In this document: piece after piece, positions 35,381 through 46,000 of the stretch
How positions within the stretch are numbered: position 1 is the stretch's first letter
Layout of the letters: the number at the start of each line of letters is the position of its first letter
Origin: an uncultured delta proteobacterium
GTDB taxonomy: Bacteria > Myxococcota_A > Polyangia > Polyangiales > Houyiibacteriaceae
NCBI GenBank assembly: GCA_963699755.1
Contig: CAVOVB010000010.1
Coordinates: 96,001 to 160,000, forward strand
Direction of reading: 5' to 3'
Length of the DNA: 64,000 nt
Made by a program: the position numbers and the translations under genes
Notes under the pieces: model-generated
Told to the model about the DNA's origin: nothing
What the model saw: only the letters and a program-made list of their open reading frames with translations
Databases searched by the model: none

Positions 35381-38300
35381 GTGAAGATCACCGACCTGTT
35401 CATCCGCCGCCCTGTCATCGCGATAGTCGTGAATCTCGTGATCGTCATCGCAGGTCTGCAGGCCATTCGCACGCTCACGGTTCGGCAGTATCCACGCAGC
35501 GAAAATGCGGCCATCACGATCACGACGGCCTACGTGGGAGCCAACGCCGAGCTCGTACGCGGCTTCATCACGACCCCGATTGAAAGGGCCATCGCCGCCG
35601 CGGATGGCATCGACTACATCTCGTCGGAAAGCCGTCAGGGCGTGTCGATCATTCGCGCCAACCTGGACCTCAACTATGACGCGGTTCGAGCGCTTTCCGA
35701 GATCGGTGCCAAGGTCGACCAGGTGAGAGGGGACCTGCCGCCAGAGGCCGAGATTCCGGTCCTCGACGTCGTGTCGGTCGACAGCCAGTTCGCCTCCGCG
35801 TACCTCAGCTTCTCCTCGGATTTCCTACAGCAGAACGAGATCACCGACTACCTGGTTCGAGCCATTCAGCCGCGGCTCTCTGCTGTCGAAGGTGTGCAGC
35901 GCGCCGAGATCCTGGGCGCTCGTACCTTCGCCATGAGAATCTGGCTCAAACCGGAGCGGATGGCGGCTCACAAGGTCGGTCCTGCACAGGTGCGAGTCGC
36001 GCTCGCAGCCAACAACTACCTCGCTGCGGTCGGCCAGACCAAAGGCTCCCTCATCCAGGTCAACCTCACGACCAACACCGACCTCGAATCCGTAGAGGAA
36101 TTCAAGCGCCTCGTGGTTCGCGAACAAGATGGCGTCATCGTTCGCTTGGAGGACATCGCCGAGGTGGCCCTCGGCGCCGTGAGCTACGACGACCAGGTCA
36201 ACTTCACGGGTGCGACGGCGGTTTTCATCGGCGTCTGGGTTCTGCCCAACAGCAACGCCCTCGATGTCATCAAACGGGTGCGTACCGAGCTGGAAGCAAT
36301 TCAGCAAGAGCTTCCCGAACAGCTTCGCGCGGAGATCGCGTACGACGCGACCAAGTACATCGACAGCGCGATCCGCGAGGTCATCACGACCTTGAGCGAG
36401 ACGCTGGCGATCGTCGTCGTCGTCATCTTCCTCTTCCTGGGGTCTTTCCGGGCCGTGATCGTGCCGGTGGTCGCCATCCCCATTTCGCTCATTGGCGCCG
36501 TGTTCCTGATGCAGCTCTTCGGCTTCACGATCAATTTGCTGACCCTCCTCGCGATCGTCTTGTCGGTCGGCTTGGTCGTCGACGATGCGATCGTCATGGT
36601 CGAGAACATCGAGCGGCATCTCCGCGAAGGGATGACCCGAATGGAATCCGCTCTCAGGGGAGCGCGGGAGCTCGTTGGACCCGTCATCGCAATGACGATC
36701 ACGCTGGCTGCGGTCTACACACCGATCGCGTTCCAAGGGGGATTGACCGGCGCGCTCTTCAGAGAGTTCGCCCTCACCCTCGCCGGAGCCGTGCTGATCT
36801 CCGGTATCGTGGCCATCACGCTTTCCCCGGTGATGTCCGCCAGCTTTCTGCCCGACCAGAAGAACCAGCGCGGGCTCCCCGCGCGCATCGATCGTGACTT
36901 TGCTCGCCTGAAGGACGTTTACGTGCGTGTCCTCAATGTCACGCTCAAGGCCCGCCCAGCGATCTATCTGGCCTGGGTGGTGCTCAGCGGGCTGGCCGCG
37001 GTCTTGTTCGTGATGTCGCCCCGCGAGCTCGCGCCCAACGAGGACCAGGGCATCATCTTCGGAATCGTGAATACGCCAGCGAACTCGACACTCGGTCAAC
37101 TCGCCCCATCGGTCGAGGCGGTGAACGAGATGGCGATGAGCTACCCGGAAACCGAGTTCACGTTTCAGATCACGACGCCGGGCGGTGGCTTCTGGGGAAT
37201 GGGACTCAAGCCCTGGGACGAGCGCAAGCGGACGGCGTTCGACCTGATGCCCTTGGTGGGCGCGGAGGTCAATGAGATCCCTGGGATCCAAACCTTTCCC
37301 GTCTTGCCGCCCGCGCTTCCTGGCGGCGGCGAGTTCCCGGTGGAGTTCGTCGTCGCCTCGACGGCGGAGCCGAGTGACATCCTGCAATTCGTGCAGCAGC
37401 TTCAACAGAAAGCCGCGATGAGCGGGATGTTTGCATTCCCGCCGCTCATCGACGTGAAGATCGATCAGCCGGAATCGCAGATCACGTTCGATCGGGACAA
37501 GGTGGCCGAGCTCGGCCTGAGTCTGCAGGCGGTGGGCCAGGAGCTGGGTTCAGCGGTGGGCGGCAACTACGTCAACCGATTCAGCATCTCGGGCCGGAGC
37601 TACAAGGTCATTCCGCAGCTCGAACGGGCGGCGCGTCTCAACGCTGACCAGATACAAAACGTGTATGTCACCAAGCCAGACGGCAACCTGGTCGCTCTCA
37701 GCACCTTTGCCACGGTCCAAGACCGCGTCGTTCCGCGCTCGCTCAATCGCTTTCAGCAGCTGAACTCGGTCAAGTTGAGCGGTGTCGCGATTCGCCCGCT
37801 CGATGAGGCCCTCTCGTTCTTGGAAACCGAAGCCCGGTCCATCTTGCCGCGTGGGTACAGCGTAGATTATACGGGCGAGTCGCGTCAGCTTCGCAAAGAA
37901 GGCAACAAGTTCGTCCCCGCGTTTGCTCTCGCGGTGGTCCTGATCTTCTTGGTGCTCGCCGCCCAGTTCAATAGCTTTCGCGATCCATTGGTCATCTTGG
38001 GCGGCTCCGTGCCCCTTGCCATGTTCGGCGCTTCGATTTTCACGTTCTTGAGGATGCCCGACCCGAACATGCACTTCTGGACCGACGGCTGGACCACCAC
38101 GCTGAACGTCTATTCGCAGGTCGGACTGGTCACCCTCATCGGCCTGGTCTCGAAGAACGGGATTCTCATCGTGGAGTTTGCCAACGAGCTTCAGCGAGAG
38201 GGGCAAGCGAAGCTCGACGCGGTTCGAAACGCCGCCGCAGTCCGCTTACGCCCGATCCTGATGACCACCACGGCAACCGTCTTGGGTCACTTCCCGCTCA

Positions 38301-38449
38301 CCTTGGTCACCGGTCCAGGCGCTGAGGCCCGCAACAGCATCGGCCTCGTCCTCGTGGGCGGCATGGCGATCGGTACGATCTTCACCCTCTTTTTCGTGCC
38401 CTCGATCTACATGCTCTTCGCTCGCGATCGCAGCGCGAGCGTTGCCTAG
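35381..38449 (+). CDS. RND efflux permease (HAE1, MexI/MexW-like)
   Basis: FIRRPV, GLVVDDAIVMVENI, SKNGILIVEFAN, RLRPILMT; 1022 aa. Confidence 0.95.
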   Translation: MKITDLFIRRPVIAIVVNLVIVIAGLQAIRTLTVRQYPRSENAAITITTAYVGANAELVRGFITTPIERAIAAADGIDYISSESRQGVSIIRANLDLNYDAVRALSEIGAKVDQVRGDLPPEAEIPVLDVVSVDSQFASAYLSFSSDFLQQNEITDYLVRAIQPRLSAVEGVQRAEILGARTFAMRIWLKPERMAAHKVGPAQVRVALAANNYLAAVGQTKGSLIQVNLTTNTDLESVEEFKRLVVREQDGVIVRLEDIAEVALGAVSYDDQVNFTGATAVFIGVWVLPNSNALDVIKRVRTELEAIQQELPEQLRAEIAYDATKYIDSAIREVITTLSETLAIVVVVIFLFLGSFRAVIVPVVAIPISLIGAVFLMQLFGFTINLLTLLAIVLSVGLVVDDAIVMVENIERHLREGMTRMESALRGARELVGPVIAMTITLAAVYTPIAFQGGLTGALFREFALTLAGAVLISGIVAITLSPVMSASFLPDQKNQRGLPARIDRDFARLKDVYVRVLNVTLKARPAIYLAWVVLSGLAAVLFVMSPRELAPNEDQGIIFGIVNTPANSTLGQLAPSVEAVNEMAMSYPETEFTFQITTPGGGFWGMGLKPWDERKRTAFDLMPLVGAEVNEIPGIQTFPVLPPALPGGGEFPVEFVVASTAEPSDILQFVQQLQQKAAMSGMFAFPPLIDVKIDQPESQITFDRDKVAELGLSLQAVGQELGSAVGGNYVNRFSISGRSYKVIPQLERAARLNADQIQNVYVTKPDGNLVALSTFATVQDRVVPRSLNRFQQLNSVKLSGVAIRPLDEALSFLETEARSILPRGYSVDYTGESRQLRKEGNKFVPAFALAVVLIFLVLAAQFNSFRDPLVILGGSVPLAMFGASIFTFLRMPDPNMHFWTDGWTTTLNVYSQVGLVTLIGLVSKNGILIVEFANELQREGQAKLDAVRNAAAVRLRPILMTTTATVLGHFPLTLVTGPGAEARNSIGLVLVGGMAIGTIFTLFFVPSIYMLFARDRSASVA

Positions 38450-38799
38450 CCGGACCAATGGCACCCCTCGAGGAGCGTCACAGGAACTTCGGAGGTCAGA
38501 TGACGCCGAGGCGCCCGGGGCGCTCACCGGACCTCCGAGATCTCCCCCGGTCGCCAAGCCTTGGTAGACCAGGACTCTAGCGGGCCGTAAAGTCGCAAAA
38601 GCGTGAACCAGCCCTTGCGAGGCACGGTCTGGATCCAGTTGCTTTCGTGCGTCGTCATCGTGCCGAGCTAGAAGAACGGCGCCGCGCATCGAGCAAGCGC
38701 ACGCCTCTGCGTTCGAATCGATGACTACCGCCGACGAACGGCGTGTGCCAGCCCGAACCCTCGTATCGATACGCTGCCGCGTCGCGATGACGAAACCCG

Positions 38800-39467
38800 A
38801 TCGCGTGCGGTCTCATTGGCCGCCGAGGCCGCATCGGTCAGAGTCCGGCGCATGCGCTGCTCCGGCGCGAACGGGTTCCCTTTCTCGCTCCCGATCGAAG
38901 CGAGCAGACCCAGGCGCCCGGGGGCCCATCGCTTCGGGTGGCTCCGCTTGATCTCCTCGACCGCTCGGGGAGGGTCGCTCTGCTCGACGAAGCCGAGCGT
39001 GTTCGCCGGCTCTCTACGATGACCGCGCCATCGCTGAGGTCGAGCCAGGTTCCGAAGTAGATGCTCTCGGTATTGGGCGTGAGCAACAGCGAGTGCAAAT
39101 CCATCAATCCGCCATAGATCCCCACGACGTCGTTGGCATCGATCCCCGCATCGCGAAAACCCCTCCGCATGGCGACCATCGACGCCCCCGACAGCGTCGT
39201 CACAAAGGTATCGACCCCCCGGACGAAATCGAGGCGGTCGTAGAGACCTCCTTCGAAAAGGACGACCCCCGCCGCAAGGGAGATGAAAGGGAACGTGACC
39301 TGACCCAGAACCTCTTCGGGTCGGAACCACCCGGTGACCGGTCCGGCGATGAGGACGCGCGTCAGGAGCACGAGAATCGATGGTATGCGCCTATACCATG
39401 CGAGCCGCTGGTCTCCGGCGCCTAGCCCGATGAGGACGATTATGCCTTTGATAATCTCATGGTTCAT
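38800..39467 (-). pseudogene. Chimeric remnant: cation:proton antiporter N-terminus fused to DUF1254/DUF1214-like fragments
   Basis: LAWYRRIPSILVLL...GPVTG...VVLFEGGL joined in frame to YDRLDFVRGVDTF...LLLTPNTESIY...WLDLSDG; another frame gives LGLLASIG.EKGNPFAP. Confidence 0.65.
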
Positions 39468-39520
39468 GCTCTCGCAGACCCAGTCTTTGTATTCAGCCGT
39501 CCGCGGACTATAACCCGCTT

Positions 39521-39787
39521 GTGGATCCGATCGTCCCAGAGGAAATCGATCTTGAAAAGCTGCGTTCGCGGCTTGCGGACGAGTTTGGCGATGCGCCTCC
39601 CACCGGATACATCCGCGGAAAGACCGCGCTACGGGCCGCGGTGGTGCGAGATCTCGACTGCTCCGAGCTCGAAGCCGAACAGCTCGTCGAGACGCTCGAG
39701 TCACGTGGCTTCATTCGATACCATGGACATAAGAGCAACACGGTCGACGACCTCGAGCACCGCTGGGCCCTGACGCCCAACGCCTGA
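39521..39787 (+). CDS. Small hypothetical protein, winged-helix-like
   Basis: 88 aa, GYIRGKTALRAAVVRDLDCSELEAEQLVETLESRGFIRY. Confidence 0.7.
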   Translation: MDPIVPEEIDLEKLRSRLADEFGDAPPTGYIRGKTALRAAVVRDLDCSELEAEQLVETLESRGFIRYHGHKSNTVDDLEHRWALTPNA

Positions 39788-39801
39788 TCCATCGACAAGC
39801 G

Positions 39802-40285
39802 TCAGCGGCTCAGCTCGTAGAGCGAAATCGTGATCTCGGCTAAGATGAGCACGACGATGTACCATTCCATCCGAAGGGTTTGCGTGTGCTGCCGCAGCTC
39901 GAGGACGACGCGTGTGGCCTGCTCCGCAACCGCAAGCTTGGGCTCCAGTGCGCGCTGGCGGGCGACCAACTCGAGCTCGTCTTCCACGCGTGCGCACAGC
40001 GGGTCGAGCTGAGGATGGTCCCACAGCACTTCCCGCTTTTCGGCCACCTCCAGTCGGTCGCCGGGTCATCGAAACGACGCCGGAGCAGCGCGTCGACCTC
40101 CTGAATGAAGCGTGCGCGCTCCTCGGGGCTCACTTGAACGAACACCAGCACGCCATAGCGAAAGATCAAGCACAATCCACCTTCGCCGGCCTGCGCCACC
40201 AATGGAGCGGAGGCCAATGGCGGCGCGTCGAAAGACCTGCTCTCGATGCGTTCGGCGAACTAGAGCCCATGCAAGACGATGTCGC
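39802..40285 (-). pseudogene. RMD1/DUF155 family pseudogene
   Basis: N-part (HGL*FAERIE...LIFRYGVLVF) with in-frame TAG at 40262-40260; after a frame change, C-part EVLWDHPQL...ELELVAR...LRMEWYIVVLILAEI; middle missing. Confidence 0.75.
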
Positions 40286-40698
40286 CGCCCTCCTCGGCTA
40301 TCTGTTGAAGACGCTGAACTCGGGTGACCACGCCCGTCGCATAGCACCGCGATCTTTCAGGAGCCCAACGGGCCTCTGGGGCGATGCGTCGATGTCGGTT
40401 CAACTCAGTCGACGTATCCGAAAGCGACCTCCTCGAGTCCGTCGCTGCCGGTGAAGAACGTCACTCCAGGTGCCATCACCAAAGTGCCACACTTGGCGCG
40501 GCATCCGTTCCCGGTTCCGGACCGGCCATCCATCTGATGTCATCGAGCGAATAGGCCGGATATCCGAGCGCCAGCTTTTGCACCGGGCAGGACCAAGAAG
40601 AGCGCCGGAAAACTAGAATTTGCGATATCTAACATCTGGCGGATCGACAATTGGCGCCACGGCCCCAGACCGAAGGCCCAGCCGCCCGGGAGAGTCCA

Positions 40699-41994
40699 AT
40701 GGATCGTGCAAGCACCACCCGAATCACGCTGCCTCAGTGCCGATGGCTCGCCTGTCTCGGCCTCTGCGCCGCTCAGGCTCTGGTGGGGCAGAGGGCCCGC
40801 GCACAGGAGGTCACCTTTGACGAGGCATTGGCGCTGAGCGCGCAGACGCCGGAGGTCCTCGGCGCCAAGGGCGAGCTGAGTGTCCGCGAGGCGGCGGACG
40901 AGGGCATCGGGGGGACGGCGGGGCCAACCAGCCTGACCTTCATGCCGGGCGCGCTGGTCGCGCCGCGCCAAGCCAATGCCTTCGAGCTGCAGACCAACAT
41001 TACCCAGGGCTGGAATCTCGGCGGTTTGGGAAAAGCTCGCCGGGAGTCCGCAGTGCAGGAGCGTGAAGCGCTCGACGCCGCAGTGCGCGCGAAGGCGTTG
41101 CGTGCGCGCCTCGAGGCCGCCCGGCGTTGGATCGACCTGGCTACGCTCGAGCGAATTCAAGAGACCATCGAGCAGCGAATCAAAGCCACGGAGAAGCTGG
41201 TCGCGCAACGAGAGCGAGCGCTCGAGACTGGTGTGGGTACGGCACAGGCTCTAGCCGAGTCGCGCGCAGCTCTGGCCGAGCTTCGCCAGATGCGCGTCAA
41301 CGTCGAAGGAGACCAGGTTAGCGCTTCGTCACAGCTTGCTCTTGCCATGGGCCGTGCGCCCGGAGCCAAGCGGTTACGGGCTGTAGGTGAGCTCCCCGGC
41401 CCGCCATTGCCCAGTGAGGCGGAGATCCGAAGCCGACTCGACTCTGTGGACACCGTGCCTGACGTGGTGGTCGAGCGCCTCCGGGAAATCGCGGCGCGCG
41501 CGCGGGCAGTGGAGGCCTCCGCGCTATACGCACCGGTGATAGACTTCGGCGCCCAAGCTGAGCGCGCTGCCGTCGGGAGTCGTGGAGCCTGGGTCGTATA
41601 CGGCATGACCGGAGTGACCTTCCACGGCTTTGGACAGAATCAGCGGGCAGTGTCCCTAGCCGAAGCGGATGCCGCGATCGCGAGCGCGAATATCGCCAGT
41701 GCAAGGTTGCGCGCTCGTGCCGAAATTGAGCAGGCACTACACGAGCTCGCTCACTCCTCTGCGATCGTGAACCTCTTAGAGACCCAAACGATACCCGCGC
41801 TTCAGACGCTGGTCGCCACTAGGGCGCGTGCAGTCGAGCTCGGAGAAGAATCGAGCTTCGCGCTGAGCGAAGCCCGTGGCCGAGAGCTTGCCACCATCGA
41901 AGTGGCCTATCGAGGCTATGGCGCGCAAAGTTGGGCTCGCGTCCACGTCTGGCTCTTGCTCGCAGAGCTGGCCGGCGCGGAGGAGGACCGATGA
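40699..41994 (+). CDS. TolC/CzcC-like outer-membrane factor
   Basis: Signal peptide (RARA-QE), VTFDEALAL, helical repeats with ETGVGT and ELGEES; first gene of a CBA operon. Confidence 0.8.
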   Translation: MDRASTTRITLPQCRWLACLGLCAAQALVGQRARAQEVTFDEALALSAQTPEVLGAKGELSVREAADEGIGGTAGPTSLTFMPGALVAPRQANAFELQTNITQGWNLGGLGKARRESAVQEREALDAAVRAKALRARLEAARRWIDLATLERIQETIEQRIKATEKLVAQRERALETGVGTAQALAESRAALAELRQMRVNVEGDQVSASSQLALAMGRAPGAKRLRAVGELPGPPLPSEAEIRSRLDSVDTVPDVVVERLREIAARARAVEASALYAPVIDFGAQAERAAVGSRGAWVVYGMTGVTFHGFGQNQRAVSLAEADAAIASANIASARLRARAEIEQALHELAHSSAIVNLLETQTIPALQTLVATRARAVELGEESSFALSEARGRELATIEVAYRGYGAQSWARVHVWLLLAELAGAEEDR

Positions 41995-43055
41995 GCATCC
42001 TTCGGACTGTCCTTTTATGCATGCTGTCGTCCGCGTGCACCTCACAGCGAGCTCCCCTCGAGAACGCGCCGCCCGATGCGTCGAGCGCGGAGAGCGCGCC
42101 GTCCCGGTTCGTACCCATCATCAAGCCGGAAGATAGCTCGATTCTCCAAGCGCCTGCCGTCGTGCGGGCGTCGCCTGCAGCGTTCGGCGAGGTCACGGCT
42201 CCGACGCCCCTTCGAATAGCGCGCGTTCACGTGCAGGTCGGAGAGGCGGTCTCTGCTGGAGATCCAATGGTCGATGTCTATGCGCGTGACGTGCTCGATG
42301 CCGCTGCAATGTATCTCTCTTCGGGAGCGCGGGCTCAGTCTCACGACGCACGGGCCGACCAGCTCGAAGCGCTGCTAGACGAAGGCCTGGTGCTTCGGGC
42401 CCAAGTCTTCGAGCAGCGCAGCACGGCCGCTGACCTGCGCGCGAGCCGTCTGCAGTCGATCGCGGTGCTTCGCTCTTCGGGAGTCGACCCCAAGGAGGCA
42501 CCTGCGTTGATAGAGCGCGGTTTCGTGACGCTCAGGGCTCCAGTCACCGGCATCGTGACCGAGCTCTCGGCGCGACTCGGCCGGAGCTATCAACCGGGCG
42601 CAACCCCGATCGCTCGCATCACGGGACAAGCGCTGGCACGTATCGAAGTGCAGACGGCGCGGCGCTGGCCTGACGCCACCGCGGTCGTCTTTACGGGGGT
42701 CGACGGACGCCAGATCATGCTCGAACCGACTCCGGTGGCCTCGGTGGTGATTCCCGCGGATGGCACGATCCGCTCCTGGTTCGATCCGCAAGAGCCAGTC
42801 GATCTTCCGGACGGCCTAATCGGAACTGCGCAGGTATTCGCTGCCAAAGACGTCTGGGAGGTTCCTGCTGCGTCGATTCGTCAGCAGGGCGACCGAAGCA
42901 TGCTGATGCGACGACGCGATGACAGGAGCGAGAGGATCGAAATCGAGGTCGTGGCCGCGTCCGGCGCCTCTGCTCTCATCCGGGGTCCCCTCGAGGCCGG
43001 AGATCTGATCGCAATCGCCTTTCCAGATGGGGATGGTTCTGGGAGCGACCAGTGA
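41991..43055 (+). CDS. CzcB-like RND periplasmic adaptor (lipoprotein)
   Basis: Lipobox LSSAC, VQVGEAVSAGDP, LRAPVTG, VPAASI. Confidence 0.85.
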   Translation: MSILRTVLLCMLSSACTSQRAPLENAPPDASSAESAPSRFVPIIKPEDSSILQAPAVVRASPAAFGEVTAPTPLRIARVHVQVGEAVSAGDPMVDVYARDVLDAAAMYLSSGARAQSHDARADQLEALLDEGLVLRAQVFEQRSTAADLRASRLQSIAVLRSSGVDPKEAPALIERGFVTLRAPVTGIVTELSARLGRSYQPGATPIARITGQALARIEVQTARRWPDATAVVFTGVDGRQIMLEPTPVASVVIPADGTIRSWFDPQEPVDLPDGLIGTAQVFAAKDVWEVPAASIRQQGDRSMLMRRRDDRSERIEIEVVAASGASALIRGPLEAGDLIAIAFPDGDGSGSDQ

Positions 43056-46000
43056 TCGAGGCACTCGTTCGCTGGTCCGTTCGAAACGGGGGCATCGTGG
43101 CCGTGGCTGCTGCGATTTTCACGATCGGCGGCGTCTTCGCGGGCTCCCGTCTGCGCTTCGACGCGCTTCCGGACGTGACGGGCAAGCAGGTCATCGTTCT
43201 GACCCAAGCAGAGGGCCTAACGCCCGAGGAGGTCGAGCTCCTGGTGACGCGGCCCATCGAGATGGCCCTCGGCGGGCTCCCCGGGTCCAAGACACAGCGA
43301 AGCATCTCCCGCTATGGTCTGTCTTCGGTCACCGTGGTGTTCGACGAAGAGGTCGATCTTCTTCGCGCCCGGCAACTGGTGCAGGAGCGACTGTTCACCG
43401 TGCAAACGAACATGCCTCCCGGTGTCCAACCCCCCGAGCTAGGGCCGCTCACGGGCGGGCTCGGTGAGGTCTATCAGTTCACCTTGAGCTCGCCTGCGCG
43501 CTCTCCTTCAGAGCTGCTCGAGCTCGTGAGATTCCGCGTAGCTCCGATTCTCCGGGCGGTTCCGGGAGTCGTCGAGGTCAATTCATGGGGCGGCCAACGG
43601 CGAACGATGGATGTCGTGGGCGATCCCACACGCATGGCGCGGCACCGAGTGACGCTGGCGCAGTTGACCCAAGCTACCCGGCAGGGAACGGGCTATGCAG
43701 CGGGAGCGACCCTCGAAGCCGGCGAGTCGGGCGTCCTGCTGCGCGGGGTCGCATGGCCGCGGCGCCCAGCCGAGCTTGCCGGAGCTGTCGTCGGGACCGG
43801 TGAGGGAGACGCTCCAATCCGTATCGGCGACGTCGCCGAGGTCCGCGAGAGCGCCGCCGTCCGGATCGGTGCTGCGACGGCGGATGGTCTAGGCGAAACC
43901 GTCTACGTCATGGTGCAGATGCTATTGGAAGCCAATGCGCTCGAAGTGGTGGATGGCGTCAAATCCAAAATGCAGCAGGTGCGGACGGTGCTGCCCGACG
44001 ACGTCACCATACAGGTGGTCTACGATCGAAGCGAGCTCGTCGATGCAACTCTTCGGACGGTCTTCGCCAATTTGCTCGAGGGCGGGCTCCTAGTCGTCGC
44101 AATCCTTTTCGTGTTGCTCGGAAGCTTCCGGGCAGGTGCTCTCGTTGCATCGGTCATTCCTTTGTCGATGCTGGGGGCGGTCACCGGCATGGTGTTACTC
44201 GACCTGCCCGGCAATCTCATGAGCTTGGGAGCGCTCGACTTCGGTCTGCTCGTAGATGGCGCAGTCGTGATGGTGGAAGCGGTCTTTCACTCCGCCCATG
44301 ACCGCGGCGGATCGATCGAAGACCAGGTCGAGGACACCACAACGCGGATGGCGAGGCCAGTCTTCTTCGGGGTGTTGATCATCATTCTGGTCTACGTTCC
44401 GATCCTGAGTCTCACGGGGATTGAAGGGAAGATGTATCGGCCCATGGCAATTACGGTGTTGCTGGCGTTGCTGAGCGCGTTGTTCCTATCGCTCACGTAC
44501 GTGCCCGCCCTGTCACGCCTCATCTTGCGTGACAGAGACGTGCCCGCGCAGAGTCCTTTCTTGGTCCGCTGGGTATCGCGGAAGTACATGCCTATCGTCG
44601 ACTGGTCCATCGGTCATCCGCTCCCGATCCTGACGTCCGCAGGCGTGCTGCTGGCGGTTGGGGTGGCGCTCGCGCTGGCCGCCGGCTCCGCATTCGTGCC
44701 TCAGCTCGACGAAGGAGATCTGGTCGTGCAGACTGTTCGCGACGCCGACATCGGCATCGAGACCGCGGTCTCGCAGAGCACGAAGATGGAAGCCGCGATC
44801 CTCGAGGCCGTGCCCGAGGCTCGCCACATCGCTTCGCGAATCGGTAGCCCAGAGGTAGCGACCGACATCATGGGGCGCGAGCAGGCCGATGTTTTCATTG
44901 ATCTCGCTCCGAGGTCGGAATGGCGAGAGGACGTGACGCGAGACGAGATCATCTCCGAGATCGATCGGGCAATCGCCCGATCTGCGCCTGCACAAGTTGC
45001 GTTTACACAGCCGATTCAAATGAGATTCAACGAGCTGGTTGGCGGAAGCGTGACCGACGTGTCTTTGAGCATTTACGGCGAGAACTTGTCCGAGCTTCAA
45101 CGGTTTGCAAACGACGTCGTCGCTGCCCTGTCGACGGTGAAGGGTGCAAAGGACGTTCGAGTTCTGGCGCCACCTTCGGTTGGACTACTCGAGGTCGTGC
45201 CCCGCCCTCTGCAAGCGAGCCGGTTCGGATTTCGCTCCGCGGAGGTGCTGGAGCACGTCAGGGCAGCCCGCGCTGGCATCGTGACAGGAACGACCTATGA
45301 CGGACCTGTCCAGATCCCCGTGCGCGTTCGCCTCGGCGTCGACCCCGACGCGTTGTCGTTTGAGCGGTATCTCCTACCGACACAGGAGGGCTCGCTGATC
45401 GCACTTTCACAGGTCGCCGAGGTGTCTCACGAGCGAGGGCCCGCATTGGTCAATCACGAAATGGCGCAGCGAAGGGTCATCGTCGGAATGAACGTTCGAG
45501 GCAGAGACCTCGGCTCCGTAGTCGATGACGCTCAGCGGCTGATCGAGGGTCCAGACCTCAAGGCTCCCGAAGGAGCACTGCTGGCGTGGGGTGGGCAGTA
45601 CGAAGGCCTCACGCGAGCGAAGAAGCACTTGGGCCTCATCGTTCCAGCGGTGCTCCTGCTCATGCTCGCGCTGCTTCTCGCCCTTTTTCGCAGCTTGCCT
45701 CCAGCCCTGATGATCTTACTGAATGTTCCCTTTGCCGCGGTTGGTGGAATCGTCGCCCTCTCCGCGCGCGGCCTTCCGATCTCGGTCTCGGCCGTGGTGG
45801 GCTTCATCGCGCTGAGCGGGATTGCAGTTCTCAACGGAGTGGTTTTGGTCACAGCGCTAATGGCAGAGATCGAAGCGGGCCTAGTCGTCGTCGAGGCGGT
45901 GCGCAGCGCGGCGCGATCGAGGCTTCGCCCGGTGCTGATGACCGCCCTGGTCGCAGCGCTTGGTTTCATTCCTATGACGCTAGCCACCGGGGTCGGCGCG

